Positions 52,243-64,000 of a DNA stretch of 64,000 bases are shown here, one piece after another. The notes beneath the pieces are model-generated. The model was not told where the DNA came from. It worked only from the letters and a program-made list of their open reading frames with translations, and did no database searches. Position numbers and translations under genes: made by a program. This DNA comes from Octopus vulgaris (taxonomy: Eukaryota), in NCBI GenBank assembly GCA_951406725.2, contig OX597814.1, positions 65,286,001-65,350,000 on the forward strand. Reading direction: 5' to 3'. Positions within the stretch are counted from its first letter, which is position 1. Each line of letters starts with the position of its first letter.

Positions 52243-52950
52243 GGTGTGCCAAAAGTCACTGATGCGTTTAAAGTTTTAATAACTTTTAATAACTGTACAA
52301 ATAAATACATGAAATTTTGATACAATATAAAGGACATTAAAAATGAATATGCACTAGTCAAATGTTGCAACAGCACTATATCGTATATGAAAAGTAACAT
52401 CACTTAAATAGCAGCTATTTTCGCCTGCGCACGCCCATGTTCTTTCCTAACCTTGCACCATGACACCCTCAAGAGTTTCAGACTCTGCTCCTCTGATTTC
52501 CCTATTGATGCTCTCTTTCAGTTGCACCTGGATCTCCGCTTTGTTGATGTAAACCCTCTCTTTCATGTATCTCAAGAAAATGCCCGGGCTAGTCAAGTTT
52601 GGGGAACGTGAAGACCATTCAATGTAGACTTCACACAGGGTTCCAGCAAAATGGTACAACAGCTCATACCGCAAGAAAAACAATGCACTTGCTACGGCAG
52701 TGCTTTGGAGAGAGAATAATGACCCGCTACGGCAGTGTCAACTGGCAACTAAAGGAGAACATCAATAGAGAAATCAGAGAGGTGGGGTCTGAATCTCTTG
52801 AGGGTGTTATGGTGCAAGTTTTGGAAAGAGCATGGGCGTGCGTAGCCGAAAGTAGTTGCTATTTAAGAGATGTTATTTTTCATATGTTCAGTAGTAATGA
52901 TATTGTTGATAGTACAATGATCCTGCAGGAACACTTTCAGGTATCCACTG
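52240..52950. mobile_element. Tc1/mariner-superfamily derivative (CAGGGTG terminus, WPPRSPDL-type transposase) with two inverted 3' ends
   Basis: TA|CAGGGTGTGCCAAAAGTCAC; minus WSSRSPNLTSPGIFLRYMKERVY; plus FQQNGTTAHTA...NW|QLKENINREI; arms 52402-52524 and 52745-52866 are inverted. Confidence 0.75.
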
Positions 52951-54070
52951 TATTTATTATACATGATGTGTTGTCAGGCTATTGAATGGTATTCAGGGGT
53001 TTGGCTATTTTGTTGAGTACACAGCCGTGTTTAACGTGCCATTAACATTCTTCCCATACAGCGTTATTAAATCTCGCAGATGTATGTTAAGACTATTGTA
53101 CCAATATTCTGTAATAAGATGTGATCCTGGTAATTTCTTGCTTGTGAGTACGTTTGTGCGTAGGTGTGTGTGTGTAAAATTTTGTAAGTAATATTTGAAA
53201 TTTAATCACTGAGAGCAGATGACTTTCTCAAGAGGAGCAAACTCAACGGTGACCTTAGTAATTTACCATAGATAACATGAGTGACAAACAAAATACAAAA
53301 ATCAATAGACGCTCACAGTACATTAGATGTAAAATAAATTTCAGGTATTCGAAAATTTTTTATTACTATAATTTATCGGATATTGATTTATAATATCTGC
53401 ACTACTTATTTAGAAATGTCAAAAATACGCAACGAGAAAAGGATATGCCAGGAAGGATCTGCAAACATTTAATTAATTATTAATACATACACCGACAAAA
53501 TCATCCGTGTGATATGTTTATACACTCTCTCACACTCACACGCACATGTGTGTAACTGCAATTGGAGAAGCATAAAGGCATATATATATATATATATATA
53601 AAATTTGTATGCAAAAATAGCGCGCGCACGCACACTCACACACACAGGCGCAAACACACATACACACACATACATATTTGTATGCACACACATGCACATA
53701 TATAAACTGAGACAAACAAGCGTGCTCACACACACATAGAAACGTACATTTAATGTCTCTGCAACATTATTTTAATATATATTACATCACTTTATTATTT
53801 TATTACCAAGTGGCGTTTCATGTGTGTGTTGGGGTTGTTTGTCTGTGTGATTCTGTGCACAAACTCATATACATATGTGCCCATATAAGGGTTCTGTATA
53901 AGCCATTGAGATATTTTTGCTCCCAGGAAAATAGACTGTGGCTGCATGGATATATGATAACAGAGAAATATACCACGGCCAACAAGGAACTTACATTCAA
54001 GCACAGGTACACACAACTACGCACATACATATAGCACACATATACACGTACGTTGACATTCATGTGTATG

Positions 54071-54119
<49 letters not shown>

Positions 54120-54197
54120 GTATATATATGTGTGTGTGTGTTTGCGTATACATATATACATATATATATATATACATATATACATATATACGCATAT

Positions 54198-54242
<45 letters not shown>

Positions 54243-54245
<3 letters not shown>

Positions 54246-54455
54246 CGGGAAAGTTAACGAAAATAAACAAAAGACGAAGGCAGGTGGAGCACAAACAAAA
54301 CAAATGTATTAGTATAGCGCTCAGGAATAGAAATAGAAAAAGTCTTTTACGTTTCGAGCCTACGCTCTTCGACAGAAAGATACACAGAAAAAAACAAGGA
54401 GAGAAACAAGGAGAGAAAAAAATGCGTGTAGGAGCTAACGATCTATCATGGCGTC
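54243..54455 (-). mobile_element. Repeat family H1 copy 4; hammerhead motif at 54343-54380 (core CUGUCGA)
   Basis: Minus strand TCTTT-CTGTCGA-A-GAGCGTAGGCTC-GAAACGTA-AAAGA. Confidence 0.7.
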
Positions 54456-54647
54456 CTGACTTCGGACAGTGGTCAGACGCGAGACACTATATATATATAT
54501 ATATATAGTGATAGAAAAGATAAGACAGCAAAAGAATGAAAGAGACCTCGATATTATCTAAATAGACAAATTTATCTGTAAATGTAATATGTGACAATAA
54601 AACTCCGAGTTTCGGTCGTCGGGGTGGAAATCCACGCTGCCATGGCG

Positions 54648-54708
54648 GATAACTGAAGAGATGGTGGTGTGGATTTCCACCCCGACGACCGAAACTCAGA
54701 GTTTTATC
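54648..54708 (+). ncRNA. Type I hammerhead ribozyme within an inverted Penelope-like terminal repeat (54577-54744)
   Basis: GATAA-CTGAAGA-[GAT GGT.GT.GTGGA/TCCAC..AC.ACC]-GAAA-CTCAGAG-TT-TTATC; stem I GATAA/TTATC, stem III CTC/GAG, GUU site; antisense copy at 54599-54635. Confidence 0.7.
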
Positions 54709-54740
54709 ATGGCTACCGAATAATTATCACATATTATATT

Positions 54741-54794
<54 letters not shown>

Positions 54795-55209
54795 GAACAC
54801 TTACTAGTCTTGGATGACTTATACTTATCCACTAACATTTTCTCCTGTAACTAGATAATTTCGAGAACTGTTGCTATGAATCTACATGCATGTATATCTG
54901 TGTCTCTGTGCGCGCGCGCGTGTGTTTGTGTTTGCGTGCGTGCGTGTGTGGTGTGTGTCTATATCTATATGCTTATACACACACACGTACACACACAAAC
55001 GCATACACCCACACGTATACATACGTATTTTCATGTGTATGTGTTTTTGTGAATATGAGTATACAGATTTTGACATACGCTTATAAGTGTGTATGTGCAT
55101 ATGTGTGTGTTTGCTTCAGTACATGTCTGCGTTATATATAGCAACTTATTTGTGAATGGCAACAAACATAGACAGGACACACACGCACACACACACACAC
55201 ACACAGACA

Positions 55210-55260
<51 letters not shown>

Positions 55261-55330
55261 TTGCTTTGAAGCATATGTGTATTGAGTTCTAATACCCAGT
55301 TATTAGTATCGGTATGCCTAAGTGAAATAT

Positions 55331-55338
55331 TAATAATG

Positions 55339-55395
<57 letters not shown>
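55331..55395. repeat. (AAT)n microsatellite
   Basis: Direct inspection. Confidence 0.95.
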
Positions 55396-56239
55396 TATGA
55401 AGAGAGAGAGAGAGAGGGAAGGAGATGGAGATGAGAGGGAGAGAAAGGGAGAGAGCGGAATATAAAATTAAATGATAAACCTATAAAAAAAAGGTGCAGA
55501 CGTTATAAAGAAGTATGTATAATAAACATGAGATAATTGGATAAATACAATTATACTTGGAAATATGAACTTAGTGTTTGCTGTAGTTGTTTAGTTCTAG
55601 GTCAAAATTTCTTGAACACACCTAAGGCCTGTGTCACTCAGTTGTGACAGCTAATCTGATTTTTTATATATATATCTTTCCTTTGCTCCACAACATCTTG
55701 TGCATACTTTTCCTTTGAGGATAGTAGTGTATCATTTGATATTAATGTGGTTCTTTTCAGTGGGACGCGCAAATATGTAGACGTTCTTTAGTTGACTTGA
55801 ATGCACTCAAGTATTCGTGCGTATGTGTGTGCCTGTGTAAGTGCACATATTGTGTGAAGTAACAGTCAATTTGCTCCTAAACTCTCAATGTAGAAGCACT
55901 CCATTAGTAAATATTCCAATATTCTGCAAGTTAATTTAGATAATAACCTTATTTAAACATCTGGGAATCGTGTGTGATAGTGCATATATACATACATACA
56001 TATGTATATATATATATATACATATATATAGATTGGTGGATGGATGCATGCATATAGGTACACATACACACGCGCGCACATACATACATCCACAGACCTA
56101 AACGCATGCACACCCACATACACTCATATATGTATATATACATACATATGGTTTGTCACATTCAATTAGTATATGTGCACGATATTAAGTTTGAGAGAAC
56201 CCTCGGTAGTACTCACGTAAGTAGATCAATGCATTAATG

Positions 56240-56750
56240 TACTTCTGATGGGTGAATTCAACTTTCCAAATATCAGATGTCCAGATGGTGATATAATCAC
56301 AGAAATGACATGCAAAGAGCGATGTCAAACAGAATCTCCGATTCATCTCACGAAAATGGTGTTTATTGAGCTCTCTCCAACCAGAAACGATAACATCTCA
56401 GGATTCTACTTCCCCAACAATGTGGAAATTATCCACAATGTGAAGATATCACCGGTAATCTGCTCAGACCAAAACATTTCAGTACTGACAATGTATGGTC
56501 CAAAACTAGTTAAAGATGTATTTCCCACAGATGACACCCAAAGCCAGTCCAGTCTCAACTTCTACAAGGCTAACTGGAATTCAATTGAAACATCTCCAGC
56601 ACAATTGGCTTAAAAGTTTCTCTATATATGACATTAATAAGAAGCATAAATTCATGTCAATAATGCGAGTCACATGTGTTATATTGGTCCCAGAAAAAGA
56701 GCTATTCCCGAGACAGGAGAGTTCTTATGAGACGAAGGTTTAAGATCTCT
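56240..56750 (+). mobile_element. CR1-like LINE ORF2 remnant, end of APE endonuclease and linker
   Basis: MGEFNFPNI (GDFN), PTRNDNI...FPNN, SDQN (SDH), LNFYKANW. Confidence 0.75.
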
Positions 56751-57208
56751 AATCGTTTAAATAAATATTTTAAGGATAAACTTACAATAAACAATTTATA
56801 TTTGAAAGGGATAACCATTAATTATTACTTATAAGACGCCCAAGGATTCACACATTGGGTGAACATGGACAATTTTTCTTTACGGAATTGCTTGGAATTC
56901 AACTTGGCCGTGATTTTACCTCAGAACATAGAATATCACGCAAAATTCTTTGTTCGCTAACGTAATCTAATCTGGTTATCCACTGACATAAGGATACACA
57001 TGAATTAATAATTAAAAATAACAAGATTACATGTTAACGGATGAACAGAATCTCATGTTTTAATGTAGAATTGTTCTTTCAAACACCCTTCATACGAATA
57101 AGTAGTTCTAATATACGTGTATGCTAAACAAACATTATGCATGAATATATATATTTAGAGATACGCCATGCATAAAATGGAGACGACTCAGTTTAACGAA
57201 TATATATA

Positions 57209-58013
57209 CGAAATCTTATCAATAAGTATCCGGACTGTTGCCATAGTGACGAAACTAAAGCACGCAGAGTGAAGACGCTCGGCACAGACTGACCTTGAAC
57301 TCTGCGGTATTAACGTTCTAGCTCACTGGCACTGTTTAGTACAGCGCTTGGAAGGAAGGTGTATAGCATGTGATCGTCGCTTTGACCATGACAGAGCAAG
57401 TTCTCATGGTGACATCTACTCAGAGGCCTGCAGAAAGTTGCAGAAAGTGTATGGAGAGGAATGTATGAGGCGCACACAAGTGTACGAGTGGTTCAGACGT
57501 TTCCAAGATGGCCAAAAAAATGTCGATATTGACGAACGTTCTGGGAGACCCGTAACCAGCAGAACGAGAACAACATCGCAGATGTGCGTGCAGCTGTGGG
57601 GAAAAATTGTCGAATCAGGATCCGGAGGATGTGCAGATTAGTTACAGTTCAACTCAGTCCATTATCACACTAGATTTGGGAATGAGTCGAGTGTCTGCCA
57701 AGTGTATGCCAAATCTGCTTTCAGCTGACCAAAAAGAATACTCGGGCTTCCGTTGCATAAAATTTCCTTGATTGTGTTGAGAACAATGAAAAGTTTTTGG
57801 CAAAATTTTGATGCGGATTTTTGCTCACCTTTCTCACACGCTACACAACTTCCTTCCAAGCACTGCTGTAAACATCGGAAGTGAGTTAAAGCGGTAAAGC
57901 TTAGTCTGCATGCACAGTAGGGTTGAAGGTCACTCCGTGCCAAGTGGCTTTACTTTCCGTGCTTTAGCTTTGTTACTACAGCAACAGTGCGCATACTTAT
58001 TGATCAGACCACG
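57209..58013 (+). mobile_element. Non-autonomous mariner derivative with long inverted arms (sister of 7677-8493)
   Basis: TA|CGAAATCTTATCAATAAGTATCCGGACTGTTG ... CATACTTATTGATCAGACCACG|TA; HTH remnant KLQKVYGEECMRRTQVYEWFRRFQDG...DERSGRP. Confidence 0.85.
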
Positions 58014-58056
58014 TACATATATATATATGTATGTATGTACATATATTTATAAACTC

Positions 58057-58091
<35 letters not shown>

Positions 58092-58092
58092 C

Positions 58093-58126
<34 letters not shown>

Positions 58127-58296
58127 GGTCAATAAAAAAGGGTAAAATTAATTAATTATTAATTAATTTGACCGAGCAGTGTTCGGTATGTAAAACGACC
58201 ATTTACGGTATATTTGAAATATTACTTGAAATATTTGAAAGTTATAAAGTTATAAAGTAATACCCTATTTTTATAAAGTAATATATATATATATAT

Positions 58297-58557
58297 GAAG
58301 GCGCATTGTTGAGTGTTTAGAGCATCGAGCTTATGATCGTGAGGTTGTAGAAATAAGTTGCGACGTCACTGGTGCCAAGCTGCATCGGCCTTTGCCTTTC
58401 CCTTGGATAACATCGTTGGCGTGGAGACAGAAGGTTGTTATGCATGGGCGGCTGCTGATTTTCCATAAAGAACCATGCCCGGACTTGTACCCCGGAGAGC
58501 AATGTTCTGGGTACAATCCTATGGTCATTCATGTCCAAAGGGGGACACCCTCACCCT

Positions 58558-58559
<2 letters not shown>
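58297..58559 (+). mobile_element. SINE family C with tRNA-like head lacking a B box
   Basis: GAAGGCGCATTGTTGAGTGTTTAGAGCATCGAGC head, body matches 1-210; inserted in (TA)n. Confidence 0.75.
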
Positions 58560-58613
<54 letters not shown>

Positions 58614-59045
58614 AGTAGAGGTTAAAGTAGCCTCATTAAGGGACAGAAAATATCCAATGAATTACTAGTTTGTTGCCTATTATTTTGATGTGAATAATAA
58701 TATTCCTAAAATAATAGGCTGAAGTATAAATCTAGGTTTATAAAAGTTCAAATTGAAATCCAAAAAATGAAGAAGTAGTATTAACATAATTTATTAACTG
58801 CACAAATTCAACATGTTCTCTTACAGCTGTTTTGATTTTGACCGAAAGAATTAAATTACAGCAATAAAGACCTCGTCTGAGATGTAACATGATATACCGT
58901 TAGGTTTTTACATGTTATTCTTTCGAAACATCTCAACAGAATGATTCTCATTTAATTAATTACTAATATTAGTATAAACCTTGCCCAGAGGGTAATAAGT
59001 TGTATAAGGGTAATAACTGGTAAATAAAGGTTATATAAAAATACA

Positions 59046-59258
59046 CGAGGGTCGCTGAAAGGTTCCTGGCTTTAAGGGTATCGCAAAGGGCTTGGTTGGT
59101 GGCCCAACCTTCTGGGTTCTTTTAGAGGGTTTAGAAAAACTGAAGGACCGCTACAGTAACTGTGTGAATCTGAGAGAGGAATATGTTCAATAAATTCATA
59201 AACTGATCGTTCTGTATTTCCTTTAACACAAAGCCAAGAACTTTTCAGTACCCCCTCT
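59046..59258. mobile_element. Mariner-type MITE (~210 bp)
   Basis: TIRs CGAGGGTCGCTGAAAGGTTCCTGGCTTT / AGAGGGGGTACTGAAAAGTTCTTGGCTTT. Confidence 0.75.
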
Positions 59259-59268
59259 CTTATACCCA

Positions 59269-59323
<55 letters not shown>

Positions 59324-59339
59324 ATAAATATAGTTACAA

Positions 59340-60324
59340 ATACATTAAAGGCAGTCTACCATCGTGTCAGAACTTGGGAAAGGAAAAACGGCCATAGAAA
59401 TATCAATAATTCTAGGAAGAGATTACTAAACAGTGAAGAAATATGTGCAGTCTCCTATTTTTGTCTGGTCGAGGACAGATAAGAGTAAGTCGAGGGTTGC
59501 TTCGAATCGTACTCTGTAAACATGTGAAAAGCAAAGTTGTGCGGAACCCATGTCTGACAAGTAGAGAAGTTTTCAAACGTTGTGGCAAGGAAGGCGTAGC
59601 GAAAACTGCCATGTGACGTCTCTTGAAGCAGGTAGCCAGGAATGTTAAACCTGTTACTAGAGGAAGAGGCCGAAATGGGCAGAATAATACATGAAGATAG
59701 ATTTTTCAACAGTTCTGTTCACTGACGAATTCCGTGCTACCCTTGACGGACCAGATGGCTGGAGTAAAAGTTGGGAATCAATCAGCGGGAACCGTCCTCA
59801 TAGTTTGAAACGCCAACAAGGGGAGGTGGGTCATGTTTTGGGCTGGCATCGTTGGTGGTATGATGGTCGGACCATGGATGGTCCCAGATGACATTAAGAT
59901 GACATCGAAAACATGTTTCCTTCTGAAAGAACAATTTCCAACCGTAGTTCAAACCGCAAGATCTTTCATTCTAGAGAAAGTTGGTCTTTATGCAAGTGTC
60001 CTAAAGAGGCGCGTTTACCAAGATGGACGGCTTTTTACAAGTAAAGTTGCCCTCTAGGATGCTATTGAAGATGTTTCTCAAAGCATGACGCAAGAGGATA
60101 TCTTCACCTTGACTAATTCAAAGGATCAGTGCGTAAGGAGGTTTATTGCATGTGGAGGATCATACATAAAACATTAGCAACTGCATGGCAACATAATCCC
60201 ATGATTATTTTCATTCATTTTTTTATGAATTTTTTTTGTTAAACATTTACTGTTGAATTAAATAAACGCTTGTTATGACACAATTATCACTTTTATTATA
60301 TTTGCCTAATAATTTGTGGCGGTG
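59340..60324 (+). mobile_element. Tc1-like transposon remnant, catalytic core partly deleted
   Basis: FSTVLFTDEFRATLDGPDGWSKSW...RQQG, MFWAGIVGGMMVGPWMVPDDIKMTSKT; putative right TIR TTGCCTAATAATTTGTGGCGGTG. Confidence 0.75.
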
Positions 60325-60623
60325 AAAATGTTACACAATTACAAAAATGGTCACAATTTGTTGGCGCCTGCGCAGATCCAATGTATTTTGTCAGAATGCG
60401 CGCAGATAGTTGTCGTCATCAGTCAGTGGGAAAACAATGGTTTTGAACGAATATACATGTATTTACTGAGAGAAGGTTAATTTGCCTGATAATGTGAGAC
60501 GCAGTGTATACAGTATATGTATTTGTGTGTGTGTATGTGTGTGTATGCGTGTGTGTATGTGTGTGTAGGTGTGTGTTCACATATATACTTGTATATACCT
60601 TTAAATATATATGTATATACTTG

Positions 60624-60678
<55 letters not shown>

Positions 60679-61649
60679 CTGTGTGATTGTGTGTGTGTTT
60701 GTATTCGCCTGTAAGTGTGTATATACTTACATATGGTGTTTGCACTTGATTTATATACATTGCTGTTACTATTACGAGTACTCCAACCACAAAAGCTATG
60801 TATTAATGAAGTTTCCGTATGATAGCTTAAAGTCATGTTTTTACATCAGATTTCTTTTGTCAACAGCCGAAGTCTTTTTATTTTATATTTCACAGCAAAG
60901 TTATCATCAAAGGATATCGTAATAAAATTGTAATAAATTATTACACACACATGTAAGAGTATAAACTCGAAACATAAGCATACGCACACACAGATATAGT
61001 TGTGCGTCTGTGAGCATGTGTGTGTGACTAGGAATGAAGTATATATGTGTGTATGTTTGTGTGTGTATATGTATATATGTATGTATGTGTGTATGAATAG
61101 TAATGCGCGAGTTGTTATATATAGACATCTTCATGTCATCAACAGGATGTCACGGAACCTCCGCTAGCATTCTTGCACGGGGCGTAACAGTCGGCACTTC
61201 TGTAGCGTTTATCAGATAATAGCGGTGTCTAACGTCAAGAGCGAAGGAAGGACGGAGGCAGACGGAAGAGATAGTAAAATAGGGATTTTGTTGCTCGTCG
61301 GTGTATGCGTCTGTTTGTATGGAGGAGCACTTTAATATATATCTCTAAGTATGCGCGCCATGATGTATGTGCGTAAATGTCTGTGTGTTTCAGCATGTAT
61401 GTGTGTGTGTGTGTGTGTGTGTACGTGTACACATACATATATATATAAGTTTATGTATGAAGTTTGTGTGTGCCTATGTATTTTAAAGAATTGAATACAA
61501 GGGGAGTGTTTCTAGGTTTAAGAACTGGATTCAGGATAAAGAAAGATTTAGTGAATCGTTTATATTTATACTGTAAAAGAGCGATGACATATATATGTAT
61601 ATATCTATGTGAGTGTGTGCATGCATATATATATGTATGCATATTTCTC

Positions 61650-62490
61650 TATACACGCACACATACACAGACGTACATATACACATACACAAAAAGCACG
61701 CACCCGCACACACACATGAGTACACATATACCTCTCACACACACCACACACATACACACAAAACGCATACATGCACATGCATACACACACAAGCATGCAC
61801 ACTCATACACACACGCACATACACACGCACACACGCGCATACACGCGCGGACACACTCGCTCGCACACAGGAACGCACAGATACCACCACATAACACAAC
61901 CCCACGCACACTCATATGTACACACGCTCATACACGCACACGCACACATACACACACGCATACATACATACGCACAGCTACACGTATGCGCACACGTCAA
62001 TGCCCATATAACTCAAATATACTTCCCACGCACACGACACACAGACAACACGCACATACATGCACACATAACACAACACAAACACCTATACACTCGCACA
62101 CACTCACATACATCCACGCATACACACACGCACATCCGCACACGCGCGCACACACGCACAGGAATGCACGCACACCCAACAGACAAAAGCCCACGCAAAC
62201 AGCTACATACAAACAAAGGCACATATGCACGCACACATGTACACAGAACTACACGCACATACACACGTACGCGCACACACGAACAAGAACGCACAGAAAC
62301 CTCCACACACACAACCCCTCGTTCATATACACATACACACGCACACACACACATATACACACACGCGCACACATACACACATGTACATACGCACATACAC
62401 ACGCACACATACACACATATACACATGCACACACGCACACACACACACACGCACACATACAACACACTCATATATACACGCACACACATA
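61650..62490. repeat. Long degenerate (CA)n-derived array
   Basis: ~840 bp purine-pyrimidine alternation with many substitutions; source of the 383-aa H/T ORF. Confidence 0.9.
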
Positions 62491-63030
62491 CTTCAAACTG
62501 CCAGTCAAACACCTTTGTGCTGACCATTCCTCTACGCACGAGTGAAGAGACACACAACTACACAAAGAATCGCCACTCCTGTTACCACGCTGCTGAATTC
62601 TTCCTACATCATTAAGAGACACAAAGTTCACTCACTCATACATATAAAATAGCCAAAACCACACAAACACCACGCACACAACACAAACACACACATACAC
62701 ACACACGTGATATTACACACAGAGAGACTTGTGCGCATGCACATACCCACACATACAGAAGCATTCCCCCTTTTCTTACTCTTTCCTGTCTTAGAAAGAA
62801 TTTTTTTTTACCCATTCCGTTCCGGTCATTTCAAAATGCAGCCACATGTGGATGGTTGGTGATTTTCTTCCTCCTTCTTCCTTTCTATTTGGACTTTCCT
62901 CTGTTACTCGAAACGTTAAACCACCTTTCTTTCCTTTCCTGACCGTCTGCTAATACTTTATGTGTAGCACGTCCTCGCGTTGTTGTTTTATCATGTTTAT
63001 TCTTCTTTTTGGATTTGCTACATACATACA

Positions 63031-63062
<32 letters not shown>

Positions 63063-64000
63063 CATACATACATACATATATGTGTATGTGTTTGTTATAG
63101 TTTTGAAGGTGTAACGAAATTGCTTTCCCTCAGTCACTCAGCGACATATACTTCGAAGTTACTGGACTTCCGCTTACCATAACTATTAAATTTGTAGCTG
63201 ATTTTTTCTTATCTTATAACTCTAAGTACCAAACGTTTTGTTAAATTAAACCACGCGACATGATTTTGGTGCTCGAGTTGCTGGATATACTAAGAAAATT
63301 GCACTGAAAGCGCATTCCTACTGTCTTATAAAATGAAACCTATATTGGATGATGTAATCTTTTCGAGCATTAGTTCATTCTCAATTCCGTTACTCTATAT
63401 TTGTCCATGTGTAACTTGGTGGTAAACAACACCAAAAATAACCCAGTGTTCTGAAGGTGGAAAGTAGTTTCGATATTTGCACATTTATCCTATGAGAATG
63501 ATTCAGCGTAAGTCAAAATTATGGTACCGTATGTTAAAACTTCTTAATGGCAAATAGTTTCTCACTTTTGCTACTTCATATATTTTCGTTATTTAACATA
63601 TATTTGTTAGTGGCGAAGGTAAAGTATGCACAATACCCACTTCTAGTTTTTTTTTTTCCAAATTTTTTTCAGATTTCTATTTTCGATATAGGAGAATGCG
63701 ATTTTGCCCAAAAATTTTGCTTTCAAAATTTTTATTTCCTCCATCCCCTCCCGACCCCAATTTCTTAATTTTTAACTTTTTTTGATATTTTTTAAAATTT
63801 AATCCACGTAGAAATATACAGAGATTACAAATCTGGGGATTTTTTTGCTTTAAAGTTTCATTTTTCTTAAATGTCTCTCTTCCCACCTCAGCTGCCCATC
63901 ACTTACTTCCCCGCTTTCAAAAATTTTAAATCTCCGAATATTTCACTTTAGTCTGATGTTTCACGCATGCGTAGAATTGTACTGAAATAGCAGACGTCAA

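Noticed and set aside
61464-62615. 383-aa ORF (longest in the track) and overlapping H/T or C/V ORFs
   Set aside because: Product of a degenerate (CA)n array that cannot generate stops; no domain content.

Overview
AT-rich, microsatellite-saturated eukaryotic DNA. The tRNA-derived SINE families and repeat landscape resemble an octopus (coleoid cephalopod) genome; this is inferred from recalled repeat sequences, not a database search. No intact, recognisable host protein-coding gene was found, and nearly all listed ORFs are (TA)n/(CA)n artefacts. The window is a transposon graveyard: a near full-length Chapaev3-type DNA transposon, several mariner/Tc1 elements and MITEs, a hAT remnant, four non-autonomous Helitrons, R4/Dong, CR1-like and Penelope (GIY-YIG) retroelement fragments, and three SINE families. 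The most striking hidden layer is RNA-structural: about a dozen type I hammerhead ribozyme (HHR) motifs from several unrelated repeat families. These include a four-copy family with a variant core (CUGUNGA), an intact-looking HHR with a long stem II, HHR-bearing palindromes, and two differently circularly permuted 361-bp HHR-like monomers in inverted orientation, a retrozyme/circular-RNA-like signature. A ~2.8 kb unassigned block (18.2-21.05 kb, minus strand) looks partly like a decayed intronless ORF with PP1-docking (RVxF) motifs.
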